Source: a virus. Taken from it: 60,134 nucleotides of DNA. Shown here piece after piece: positions 42,458 to 50,748 of this stretch. The position numbers were made by a program, and so were the translations under genes. Below the pieces are notes generated by a model. It saw only the letters and a list, made by a program, of their open reading frames with translations. It was not told where the DNA came from and ran no database searches. Where the stretch lies: positions 1-60,134 of IMG/VR virus record IMGVR_UViG_3300027365_000001. One strand, given 5' to 3'. The first letter of the stretch is position 1, and each line of letters opens with the position of its first letter.

Positions 42458-42694
42458 CTACCGAAGAAGCACGCGCAAGGCGTTGAAACCTGCGTGCAGT
42501 CGGCGCACGTCTTCCAGTAGAGCGTTGTACTGATCAGCAGTTGGCGCCGCGGTTAGCGGCACGGCCGTAATCTCAGCCGGCACAGAACCGACCAGGGCCT
42601 GTAAGTGTTTGACTCTGGCCGCTGCCTCCTGGCGGTCGCCGCGCTTCCCGGCCAGGATCTCAACGTCCTGCTTGATGATGTTATCCATGGTCAT
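42458..42694 (-). CDS. hypothetical tail-module protein (78 aa)
   Basis: ATG 42694 overlaps the upstream TGA (ATGA). Translation MTMDNIIKQDVEILAGKRGDRQEAAARVKHL... Confidence 0.6.
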   Translation of the reverse strand: MTMDNIIKQDVEILAGKRGDRQEAAARVKHLQALVGSVPAEITAVPLTAAPTADQYNALLEDVRRLHAGFNALRVLLR

Positions 42695-44439
42695 GCCCCC
42701 GCCAGTTCCTGCCCTGTAGTCGCCATGAGGATCTGGGTGATCGGCATGTCGCTCGCGACCTCGATCTCCCACTTGTCCGCCTTGAAGCCGGACGGAAGCC
42801 GCGCCATCTGGTTGACCTTGCCGATGGTGGCGACCAGCTTGCGGTCGGCGTAGATGCTGACCGACACGGTGCGGTTGACGGTCGGGATCGGCTCGAGGAT
42901 ATCGCCGTTCACCTCGTAGACGTTGAGCGCTGCGCCGCCGAGCTCGCCGCCGAGAGACGGCAGCGCGAATAGGGTTTCGTTCTCGGCCTTGATGCGCGCG
43001 ATCTCGGCCTCGATCGCCGCGACCTCTTCATCGGTCAGGCCCTCATCGGCCTCGACCAGGATCGCGCCGAAGTTCGTCGGCGTCGGGATGACGAACAGCT
43101 TCGACTTCCAGGATTGCAGGTCGTAGGGCTCGGAGAGCGCATCCCACTCGTAGATCGAGTCGTCGACCAGCATGTAGAGCACGCCGCTCGGGATGTCGTA
43201 GTGCATCGCGTTGGCGCGCACGTCGGAGCGGATCAGGAACGGCTGCGAGCCCGTCAGGTCGATGATGAACGAGCCGCGGAACTCCTGACCGCGCACGTCG
43301 GAATAGCTGTAGCTCGTGAAGTAGCGCCCGTTGTATTGGCCCGCGACCATGTTCTGCGGGTTGAGGCGCAGCCAGTCGTCGCGCGTGAACAGGCCAGCGG
43401 TCGCCACGCTGGTTCCGGACGTGGAAACCTGCACTAGGCCGTCATGCGACGGGTAGACCACGGAGTAGCCGAGATCAACGATCCCGCGCGCATTGATGCA
43501 GGGCAGGTTCAGCTCGGTCTTCTCCATCGCCATGTTCTCCGGCGCGGTGCCGCTGGCGACGTAGGGCACGCCCTCGGTGACGATCGCCAGCGACGTGCCG
43601 AACCAGGCAAGGCCGACGACAGGATAGTCCGTCGTCAGCACATACTTCTCCGGCCAGGCGTGCGGTCGGTAGGGCTCGCAGAAATACACCTCTTTCCCTC
43701 GGAAGGCGGCCATCATGCCGTTCGGCCCCGCTACCAAGCCGGTGAGATCATCGGGCGGCGCATTCCACTCCAGCGACGGCAGCGGCTCTTGGATCGACTC
43801 GGACGGGATGTTGTCGACGAAATCCGTCGTCGCCGCGGCGCGCTCGGCGATGAAGTACAGTTGCGTGCCGGTGGTGCTGGTCTGACTGCGGTAGATGCGC
43901 TGCTTGGTGATGTTGCGGCCGGCTGGCGTGGCCGCGAAACCGGAGAGCGTCACGGTCTGGCCGGGCTTCCAGTACACCTCGTTCGAGACAGGGCACGGCT
44001 CTGACTCTTCGCCGAAATCGGTCACCCAGGTGTAGACGTATAGGCGCGTCGAGCCGAGATCCGACGTGGATGTTCCGCTGACGGCTGCGGTCAAGGCCGG
44101 CGATGGCGCCGCGATGGCGAGCGGGTAGGTCGTGCCGCCGACGATCATCTTCGGTGCGCCGTCACCCATGACGTAGAGCCGGTCGGTCGCCACCGGGCCA
44201 GGGGCCGCATAGACCATCCCAGGCCAGGCCATCCAGTCGCCATTGTGCAGGTAGATCGTGCCGTAGCCCTCGGCCGGGGCGCCGGACAGCTGCTGCACGA
44301 AGCGCCGCTTGCGGATCGGGGTCAGGCCGCCATCATCAAGGCGCGTGTTGTAGGCCGCCTGCGCGAAGGTATCGCCAAGCAGGCGCGGGATAACCTTCGG
44401 CATTTCGCCGGCAAACCCGATCAGTTTCAGTAGCGCCAT
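42691..44439 (-). CDS. large tail structural protein (582 aa)
   Basis: ATG 44439 after AGGAGG. Translation MALLKLIGFAGEMPKVIPRLLGDTFAQAAYNTRLDDGGLTPI... is an N-terminal pattern I associate with tail/hub proteins of BPP-1/epsilon15-type podophages. Confidence 0.8.
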   Translation of the reverse strand: MALLKLIGFAGEMPKVIPRLLGDTFAQAAYNTRLDDGGLTPIRKRRFVQQLSGAPAEGYGTIYLHNGDWMAWPGMVYAAPGPVATDRLYVMGDGAPKMIVGGTTYPLAIAAPSPALTAAVSGTSTSDLGSTRLYVYTWVTDFGEESEPCPVSNEVYWKPGQTVTLSGFAATPAGRNITKQRIYRSQTSTTGTQLYFIAERAAATTDFVDNIPSESIQEPLPSLEWNAPPDDLTGLVAGPNGMMAAFRGKEVYFCEPYRPHAWPEKYVLTTDYPVVGLAWFGTSLAIVTEGVPYVASGTAPENMAMEKTELNLPCINARGIVDLGYSVVYPSHDGLVQVSTSGTSVATAGLFTRDDWLRLNPQNMVAGQYNGRYFTSYSYSDVRGQEFRGSFIIDLTGSQPFLIRSDVRANAMHYDIPSGVLYMLVDDSIYEWDALSEPYDLQSWKSKLFVIPTPTNFGAILVEADEGLTDEEVAAIEAEIARIKAENETLFALPSLGGELGGAALNVYEVNGDILEPIPTVNRTVSVSIYADRKLVATIGKVNQMARLPSGFKADKWEIEVASDMPITQILMATTGQELAGA

Positions 44440-44479
44440 GGTGAGCCTCCTGCATGGCATTGTAGGGCGCGAAGGCCTG

Positions 44480-44731
44480 TCATGTCTTGACGATCATGTT
44501 GGTTACCCCGGTTCCCTCGCACGCGCGCACGACAGTCAGCACGTCGGTGTCGCGAGCCGTGCAATGCACGATCTCGAACTCGCAGGACGGCTTGATCAGG
44601 GTAATGGGGAACCAGTCACCACTCGGCGCTGGGAATGCGGAGCCAGTGCCGGCCTGAAGACTGATCTGGGTGTCGGCCGCGCCAATGGATACGGCGAGCC
44701 GGGATGCAGCGTTGTTCGCTACCAGAGGCAT
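44480..44731 (-). CDS. stand-alone tail-fibre N-terminal (anchor) domain paralogue, 83 aa
   Basis: MPLVANNAASRLAVSIGAADTQISLQAGTGSAFPAPSGDWFPITLIKPSCEFEIVHCTARDTDVLTVVRACEGT aligns with residues 1-75 of the 365-aa fibre (MAVLLANNATSKLASSLTAAATTLSVTTGEGAKFPSPTGGDWFPLTLIKSSGALEILRCTARSGDVFTVTRAQEGT). RBS GAAGAGGG. An upstream in-frame ATG at 44866 would add a TM-like leader. Confidence 0.55.
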   Translation of the reverse strand: MPLVANNAASRLAVSIGAADTQISLQAGTGSAFPAPSGDWFPITLIKPSCEFEIVHCTARDTDVLTVVRACEGTGVTNMIVKT

Positions 44732-44869
44732 GTATGCGCCCTCTTCGTGATGTCGAGACGTGTCCTTTCCGAAGATCAGGAGCGTGATGACAGCGACGAA
44801 GAGAAGCGCGAGGTATCCATGCGCGAATTGTGGGCGCCACTTGGCTGAGCGGTCAAGGGCACCCATGCG

Positions 44870-45454
44870 TCAGATGCTTTTTGCCGGGTTGAACTTGAAC
44901 GTCAGCCCCTTGCGCGGCTCGTTGGCGCCCTGGTGGCTCGGCTTCACCTTGAAGCCAAGGCGAATGACGAAGGCGCGCGTGGTGCTCCACTCGTGAACCC
45001 AGTAGAAGCCGAACCAGCGCTTGCCGTCGTTCTCGACAATGACGAACTGCCAGCCGCCCATGCCGGGTTTGTCCTCGACGACGTAGCGCCCGCGATAGGT
45101 GATCTTGCTGTCGATCACCGGCGCGCTGAAGGCCTCGAGCAGGCGCATGTTGTTCGCCGGGTTGCGGAATGCCGCCCACCACCACATGGCCGCGAAGGAA
45201 TCGACCGCCCAGCCGAACGGCGTGTTCTCAGCCCACCATCCGCGCTTGTCGCCCAGAAGGCCGTCGAAGTCGTTGCCCCAGAGCCAGGCCCAGCGCGGCA
45301 GGTTGACGATCGCCCGGCCATCGCTCAGCGACACGGCAGGAACGCGGAACGGGATCGCCAGGGCGACCATCAGGAAGCCGGACAGGATGCCGGCCAGCCG
45401 CGCGATGATCAGCCAGGACCACTGAAGCAGCGCGCGCAGGATCATGCCGGCCAT
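44870..45454 (-). CDS. Trp-rich membrane protein of unknown function (194 aa) within the fibre module
   Basis: N-terminal TM region LLQWSWLIIARLAGILSGFLMVALAI, then NLPRWAWLWGNDFDGLLGDKRGWWAENTPFGW...AAMWWWAAFRNP. Confidence 0.7.
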   Translation of the reverse strand: MAGMILRALLQWSWLIIARLAGILSGFLMVALAIPFRVPAVSLSDGRAIVNLPRWAWLWGNDFDGLLGDKRGWWAENTPFGWAVDSFAAMWWWAAFRNPANNMRLLEAFSAPVIDSKITYRGRYVVEDKPGMGGWQFVIVENDGKRWFGFYWVHEWSTTRAFVIRLGFKVKPSHQGANEPRKGLTFKFNPAKSI

Positions 45455-45774
45455 GGGTATTCCCCCTGAATTTCAGCGTAACGTTTGGCACCTGCCGCAT
45501 TCGCCGCATCGATTTCCTCTTGCGCAGCCCCCATCGCTTGCAGTCGAGCAGCCTCGGAAAAGTAGCGGTCGGAGCCGGTTATCTGGTCGGCGTAGGCTTG
45601 CAGTCGCAAGACCTCTATTTGCTCACGAGTTAACGGCTTGGCAGGCGGGTTTAGGTGCGCATCAACTTCCTCTGCTGTCATTTCGACAAGCACGGGACTG
45701 CCCCACTCTTTGCGCTCGGCTTCGGTTTCGTAGGCGTAAACTTCGTCTGTTTTTTTGTCTTTAAAATATTTCAT
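45442..45774 (-). CDS. tail fibre assembly chaperone (Tfa-like)
   Basis: ATG 45774 overlaps the fibre TAA (TAATG). MKYFKDKKTDEVYAYETEAERKEW...REQIEVLRLQAYADQITGSDRYF is a typical Tfa pattern. Lower local G+C. Confidence 0.7.
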   Translation of the reverse strand: MKYFKDKKTDEVYAYETEAERKEWGSPVLVEMTAEEVDAHLNPPAKPLTREQIEVLRLQAYADQITGSDRYFSEAARLQAMGAAQEEIDAANAAGAKRYAEIQGEYPWPA

Positions 45775-46871
45775 TAACGTAGCTCCGCCCACATTGCGAT
45801 TGAGGTATATGTCGATGCGACGCCATAAGTTGACGCAGCAGGAACAATAAAGCACACGGTCGCGCGTCCGGTATAATTGGAGTGGTTGAGGCTCACCTGT
45901 ATATTCAACCCATCCACATAGGCACTTAGTTGTGCCTTATTGTTGTTAAAGACATTACTATACACAGAAACCATTATCGGCTTGCCTGTGGTGTTTGTAT
46001 ACGTAGTGCCGGACGCGCGACTTGCAGTTACATTCTGCCATGTCTGCCCATAGCCAAGGCCACCGTCGGCAACAGAAATGCCAAGCGTTGACCGAGCAGC
46101 AGCAGCATCCGCATCATCGAGAAGGGTCTGCGCGAACGACGAGACGTTGCCGGCGTGGAACAGTTCAACCCAGGCGCTCCAGACCCCAGAGCTAGAGCGC
46201 CTGAACCACACGCGATCCGAAATTCGACTCGTTAAAATCTGTTGAGCGAATCCTGTGTTGTACTCCATGTGCAGACACATGGAGCCCGACGCCGCTAGTG
46301 GAATATTCAGGGTGGTCGAATTGACAGCATAGAAGCCGCTGGCAGCAATAAGGTTCAGATTGTCGTTCGGCGCGACGACGCTCCGACCACCAAGTCCATG
46401 CGAGCCAACCGCCATCAGCGCCCCGGCAGTGGTGTCAGTAGGTGAGGTTTGAGCATTCTTGGTTGCAGCAGTGCCGAGACCAAGATTGGTGCGTGCAGTC
46501 GCCGCGTTTGTCAGGTCGGACAGGTTGTTGGCGTCGAGCAGCGCGGAATTTGTCAGATCATTGATCTGCTGAACTATCGCATCCATGACGGCCTTGGTAA
46601 GCCGAACCTCAACACGATCGCCGGCCGAGAACGCCTGCGCAGCTGTGCCTTCCTGCGCGCGGGTAACGGTGAACACGTCGCCAGACCTGGCCGTGCATCT
46701 CAGGATCTCCAGCGCGCCCGATGACTTGATCAGGGTCAACGGGAACCAGTCGCCACCCGTAGGGCTGGGGAACTTTGCGCCCTCGCCTGTCGTGACGGAA
46801 AGCGTGGTTGCGGCGGCGGTCAGGGATGACGCCAGCTTGGATGTTGCGTTGTTGGCGAGCAAGACAGCCAT
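45774..46871 (-). CDS. tail fibre protein
   Basis: Conserved N-terminal anchor domain, then ...NNLSDLTNAATARTNLGLGTAATKN... and a lower-GC C-terminal receptor-binding part followed by a chaperone gene. Confidence 0.85.
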   Translation of the reverse strand: MAVLLANNATSKLASSLTAAATTLSVTTGEGAKFPSPTGGDWFPLTLIKSSGALEILRCTARSGDVFTVTRAQEGTAAQAFSAGDRVEVRLTKAVMDAIVQQINDLTNSALLDANNLSDLTNAATARTNLGLGTAATKNAQTSPTDTTAGALMAVGSHGLGGRSVVAPNDNLNLIAASGFYAVNSTTLNIPLAASGSMCLHMEYNTGFAQQILTSRISDRVWFRRSSSGVWSAWVELFHAGNVSSFAQTLLDDADAAAARSTLGISVADGGLGYGQTWQNVTASRASGTTYTNTTGKPIMVSVYSNVFNNNKAQLSAYVDGLNIQVSLNHSNYTGRATVCFIVPAASTYGVASTYTSIAMWAELR

Positions 46872-46872
46872 A

Positions 46873-47151
46873 TCAGCACTCCGCTACTCGTAGGTTGAAT
46901 GCAACCTCCTTCACGCGCCCTTTGGCGGTGGAGGCGGTCACGGTGATTTCATGGGATGCGCCAGCGGTGCCACCGGACAGCCAGACCTTCACGATGGCGC
47001 CGAACACTACGACGCGATCGACGGTGACGCCGGCAGGCGATGCCGCGGCCGTGGCGTCCTGGATGGTGTCGCCATCGGACAGCCAGCGCTCGAAGTCGAC
47101 ATCGTAATCGAGCTGGTCATCGGGACGTTTGCGGACGGTGCCGAGCATCAC
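46873..47151 (-). CDS. small conserved tail-module structural protein (92 aa)
   Basis: MMLGTVRKRPDDQLDYDVDFERWLSDGDTIQD...VWLSGGTAGASHEITVTASTAKGR is a family I recall next to fibre genes in BPP-1-type phages. Confidence 0.7.
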   Translation of the reverse strand: MMLGTVRKRPDDQLDYDVDFERWLSDGDTIQDATAAASPAGVTVDRVVVFGAIVKVWLSGGTAGASHEITVTASTAKGRVKEVAFNLRVAEC

Positions 47152-47987
47152 AGTCTCCTTTCAGCCGGTACGGTGAACCGGCGGGTTTCGTCATTCACGC
47201 GAAGCATCCGGATCTTCGGCGCCTCGACGTAGTGGTCATTGATCGCTGGCACGCCGATCTTCTCGGCCCAGGCCGCGAGCTCCATGGTCGCCGTGCCTTC
47301 GAGGAAGACGTAACGGAACTTGCCCAGGTCGCCCCTGGCGTAGAGCCCCATTACGGCGGAGCCTTCGAGCGGCACTTTCGCACCAAGCCGTGCAGCACCG
47401 TGCGCTGCGAGCTCGAGCGTTGCCACGCCAGGCGGCGACATGATGCGAAGCGCCCCGTAGCCGATGCTGGCGAACTCCATCACGGCATGGCCGGACAATG
47501 GCGTTGCAGGCACGCTCCAGGCCTTCAGGCCGGCGCCCAGCTCCATCGTCGCCGTGCCTTCCAGCTGGTGCGACCGCGCAACACGAATGTCGCCGGTGGC
47601 GCTCAGCTCCATCGAGAAGGTGGCGCTGACCGACTCGACGACCTTGATGTCGCCCTCGGCGTAGAACTCGACCGGAGCCAGGCCCTCGAGCATCACCCAG
47701 CGCGTGAAGTCGCCGGCCGCGCCCATCTGCATCACGGCATCGCCCGCCAGGGTCGCGCCACGGATCAGGCTGCCGGAGGCCGCCATGCTCATGCTCGCGC
47801 CGCCGGTGATCCTGGCGTGCAGCGACAGCGGCAGGCTGGCCTGCATCGCCATCTGCGCATCACCGGCCAGCATGTGCCCGCGCATGACATCGCCGGCAGC
47901 CTGAAGCGAGAGGCTGGCTACAGCCTCTTCGATCCAGACTTCGGGGTCGCCATTGAGCGCCCCTCCGGCGATGGCGAAGTTCTGCAC
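47148..47987 (-). CDS. structural protein with internal G-x-A-x-M-x-L repeats (279 aa)
   Basis: Recurrent units such as LEGTATMELAAW and LEGTATMELGAG, with near-identical DNA around 47281 and 47541. Confidence 0.7.
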   Translation of the reverse strand: MQNFAIAGGALNGDPEVWIEEAVASLSLQAAGDVMRGHMLAGDAQMAMQASLPLSLHARITGGASMSMAASGSLIRGATLAGDAVMQMGAAGDFTRWVMLEGLAPVEFYAEGDIKVVESVSATFSMELSATGDIRVARSHQLEGTATMELGAGLKAWSVPATPLSGHAVMEFASIGYGALRIMSPPGVATLELAAHGAARLGAKVPLEGSAVMGLYARGDLGKFRYVFLEGTATMELAAWAEKIGVPAINDHYVEAPKIRMLRVNDETRRFTVPAERRL

Positions 47988-47989
47988 GG

Positions 47990-48409
47990 TTAGAGCATCT
48001 GCGCGGTCAGCTTCTGGGAGTCGGCCACGAACACGTCGCCGTTGTTGATCGTGCGGGAGCTCGCAAGCGGCGCAGCGAACAGCAAGTTGCCGCCGGTCGG
48101 CGCATCCCAGACGCTGAAGTGCGTCACGGTCAGGGCCGCGGCACCGTCATACATCGGGTAGATCAGCTGCTGGGAGTTCTTCACCACACCGTTGTCGGTT
48201 TCCACCCAGGCATCGGCCTGCGCTCCACCTTTGGCCGCATCCTGGCGGACATAGGCCGGGTAGGCGGTGGTGGTCACCTCGCCAGCGCCGGTGTCGCCCG
48301 GGTTCGCCGTGTGCAGGGCAACGTAGGTCTTGGCCGGTGGCGTGAAGGCCACGCCGCGGCAGACCAGGTTGATGATCTTGCTTTCGAGGTAGTTGGATGC
48401 TGCGGACAT
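47990..48409 (-). CDS. tail-module structural protein (139 aa)
   Basis: MSAASNYLESKIINLVCRGVAFTPPAKTYVALHTANPGDTGAGE...THFSVWDAPTGGNLLF is a conserved phage pattern. Function is assigned by position. Confidence 0.7.
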   Translation of the reverse strand: MSAASNYLESKIINLVCRGVAFTPPAKTYVALHTANPGDTGAGEVTTTAYPAYVRQDAAKGGAQADAWVETDNGVVKNSQQLIYPMYDGAAALTVTHFSVWDAPTGGNLLFAAPLASSRTINNGDVFVADSQKLTAQML

Positions 48410-48421
48410 AAGCCCTCCTGG

Positions 48422-49039
48422 TTAAAACCACTGCGGCCGCGTGCGCAGGCGTGCGCGCTGCTGGCCTTTGATGGAACGGGTGGACAGCTCCGAAACCCGG
48501 CCCTCGAAGCGCATGGCGTAGAACTGCGCGCGGTCTGGAGCCGTGAAGGGCTGGTTCGGAGTCATCAGGATCTCGGCCAGGGCACCATCGGCAATCACCT
48601 GGCGGTAGTCCTTGGCGATGAAGTCGGGCAGTTGATCGGCATCGTTCGACGGCTTCAGGATCGTCGACAGGCGCAGCGTGCCGGCAGAGCGCGGAACCAC
48701 GATGACACTGCCGGGCTCGGTCTGGGTGATCCAGCGGCCCAGGGTGCCCTCCTGGTCGCGCCAGTCAGGCATGTCGCGGTTCAGGTCGCCGATGCTGATC
48801 GGCTCCAGCTTGTAACCGTCGAGCGATGCGTGCTCGATCTCGAACAGGTCAGCGCCTTCGGGCGCGCACACGACGTTGTAGCTCGTCGGCGAGACGGTGA
48901 ACTGGTCCTCGTCGCGCCAGAGCCTGGTGCGCTCGCAGAACTCTTGCGCGGCCTTGATGATGCCGGCTAATGCGGTCGGCTCAGGACAGCCCGGGGCGTA
49001 GGGCATGATGCGCGGCAGGAATACGTCGATCTCGGTCAT
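48422..49039 (-). CDS. head-tail joining / structural protein (205 aa)
   Basis: Position between the head and tail modules; normal composition. Confidence 0.7.
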   Translation of the reverse strand: MTEIDVFLPRIMPYAPGCPEPTALAGIIKAAQEFCERTRLWRDEDQFTVSPTSYNVVCAPEGADLFEIEHASLDGYKLEPISIGDLNRDMPDWRDQEGTLGRWITQTEPGSVIVVPRSAGTLRLSTILKPSNDADQLPDFIAKDYRQVIADGALAEILMTPNQPFTAPDRAQFYAMRFEGRVSELSTRSIKGQQRARLRTRPQWF

Positions 49040-49665
49040 ACGCTGCTCACATTGGGCGAGGCCGCCGCGGTCATCTGATTGTTGGCTCCAAGCGCCTCGT
49101 TGAAGGCCTGGAAGTGAGCGGCAGCCAGGGTACCGTTGGCGAACTCACTGTCTTTGGCGAGTGCCCGGTAAAGCAGGTAGCTGACCAGCGGGCCCATGTA
49201 GGCTCGGTCGAGCTCGAGCAGGTCATCGTCGGCAGCAACGGCCGGCGGTGCCTCGGAATACAGAGCCTCCACCACAACGCCAGTCTTGGCCGGCGGGTAG
49301 ACGTAGAACACGGTCGGCGTGCGCTCGTCGAATGTGTAGTGCTTGATGGCGCTGGCCTGACGCATGATCGGCCAGTCGGGTGCGGAGTCGTCGAGCAGCT
49401 GGCGATCGGTGCGGCGAACCGGGCGACCGCCCAGGTTGCGCACCACGTCCAGGAGCTCGAGCCCGCCATCGGGAAGACGCTGCAGCGCACCGGCAGCCAG
49501 GGTGATCTCCCCGGTGACGGCGCGCGCAGCAGGCCGGCGAATGACCACCTCGCAGGCTGCATCGTTCAGCCACGCGAAGAGCTCTTCTTTCGTCCAGCGC
49601 ACGAAGTCCTCATCGTTGAGGATGATCCCCGCGCGCTGCAGAACATCGCCGGCCCGGATCACCAT
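49036..49665 (-). CDS. head-tail adaptor-like structural protein (209 aa)
   Basis: ATGA-coupled; lies downstream of the head genes. Confidence 0.7.
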   Translation of the reverse strand: MVIRAGDVLQRAGIILNDEDFVRWTKEELFAWLNDAACEVVIRRPAARAVTGEITLAAGALQRLPDGGLELLDVVRNLGGRPVRRTDRQLLDDSAPDWPIMRQASAIKHYTFDERTPTVFYVYPPAKTGVVVEALYSEAPPAVAADDDLLELDRAYMGPLVSYLLYRALAKDSEFANGTLAAAHFQAFNEALGANNQMTAAASPNVSSV

Positions 49666-50252
49666 TACTCAGCGTCCTTCTTCAGCTCTTCGCTGATGCG
49701 CTCGGCCGTCCACTTGCCGTGCGGGCGCTTGCCGAACTTGGCCTCGTACTGCTTGGCCAGTTCTTCGCGGTCCAGGTCGCCATCGCCGTTCAGGTCGCCT
49801 TCGAGCTGATCGTCCGTGGCGCCTTCCGTTGCAGTGTCGCCGTCTTCCGTGCCTTCCGTGCTCTCAGCCAGCTTATCCAGCTGCTCGTCGATCAGGTCGG
49901 CGCGCTCGCCTTCCGGCATGGCGTTCCACTGCTCTGCCGTGCGCTCGCCGGCGGCCAGCTTGACCACGACAGCCTGCTCGATGGTCTTGCCGCCGATCTC
50001 GAAGGCGGCAGGATGCACGTCGCTGCCGGCATACTCGACAGATTCGACACGCTTCGGCTCGCTGTTCTGCTCGGCCTTGGTCGATACCTCGCCATCGGCG
50101 ATGCCGTAGCCTTCAGGGATCGACAGGAACCGCTCGACATGCGCCTTGTCGGTGACCTCGGCGGCATAGTCGGGCGGCAGAAATTTGTAGGCGGTATCAC
50201 CCAGGGTGACAGTGTGCCCGTTGCGGCGCTTGATTTTGCTCACGATTTTCAT
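49665..50252 (-). CDS. hypothetical head-module protein with an acidic region, a DxNxDGD loop and a C-terminal HeH/Rho-N-like motif
   Basis: ...EGDLNGDGDLDREELAKQYEAKFGKRPHGKWTAERISEELKK. Confidence 0.65.
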   Translation of the reverse strand: MKIVSKIKRRNGHTVTLGDTAYKFLPPDYAAEVTDKAHVERFLSIPEGYGIADGEVSTKAEQNSEPKRVESVEYAGSDVHPAAFEIGGKTIEQAVVVKLAAGERTAEQWNAMPEGERADLIDEQLDKLAESTEGTEDGDTATEGATDDQLEGDLNGDGDLDREELAKQYEAKFGKRPHGKWTAERISEELKKDAE

Positions 50253-50270
50253 GCGATGCCCTCTCGGTAA

Positions 50271-50294
50271 AGGGGCCGAGCGAACCCGGCCCCT
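50271..50294 (-). terminator. GC-rich hairpin (possible leaky terminator or processing site) after the capsid and decoration genes
   Basis: AGGGGCCG (50271-50278), an 8-nt loop, then CGGCCCCT (50287-50294). On the minus strand it is followed by only TTTA. It is flanked by direct repeats CCCTCTCGGT (50259-50268 and 50291-50300). Confidence 0.4.
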
Positions 50295-50299
50295 CTCGG

Positions 50300-50734
50300 T
50301 TACTGCTTGGTGGTCAGGATCAGGGTGACCTTCTGATCACTCGCAGTGACAGCGCCGGAGACTTTCAGGCCGATCGAACGGTCAGCCTCAACCGGGGCGA
50401 TCTGGAATCCAGCCGCCTTGCTCATGCGAACGACGGTGTTGTTCGCAGCGCCCGCAAACAGCTCGTTGCCGCTGGTGCGGGATACGTCGACCGAACCGAG
50501 AGTGCCGGACATGATGCCGATGTCAGCAGTTACGCCGGCGCCAAGGTCGCCAGTCACCAGAGTGGCATCGACGACAGTGTGGTAGGCCGGCAGCACGCCG
50601 AGCTCCACGATGTCGGTCGACGCCAGGTTGGCACTGATGGTGAACTCGTACTTCTCGACGACGGCGCCGCCGGCTTCACGAGACACGGGGGCGATCTTCT
50701 GACCAGCACCCCAGCGGGATTGAAAGATAGCCAT
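50300..50734 (-). CDS. capsid decoration / cement-like protein (144 aa)
   Basis: Immediately downstream of the major capsid gene. The sequence looks beta-rich. The call rests on position and resemblance to BPP-1/epsilon15 accessory capsid proteins. Confidence 0.7.
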   Translation of the reverse strand: MAIFQSRWGAGQKIAPVSREAGGAVVEKYEFTISANLASTDIVELGVLPAYHTVVDATLVTGDLGAGVTADIGIMSGTLGSVDVSRTSGNELFAGAANNTVVRMSKAAGFQIAPVEADRSIGLKVSGAVTASDQKVTLILTTKQ

Positions 50735-50748
50735 TACTCAGCCCTCCG

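Noticed and set aside
44732-44866. Longer 128-aa version of the orphan fibre-anchor ORF starting at 44866 (adds a TM-like leader)
   Set aside because: There is no RBS before 44866, whereas 44731 has GAAGAGGG and reproduces the native N-terminus of the fibre family. Third-position G/C in the extension does not exclude it, so this remains an alternative.
44870-45454. PagP-like lipid A palmitoyltransferase identity for the Trp-rich membrane protein (a Bcep22-type phage feature I recalled)
   Set aside because: The sequence does not resemble E. coli PagP when compared by eye, so no such call is made.
42458-50734. Diversity-generating retroelement, suspected because the tail module resembles BPP-1-type phages
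   Set aside because: There is no reverse transcriptase gene anywhere in the window. I found no template/variable repeat pair near the fibre 3' end.
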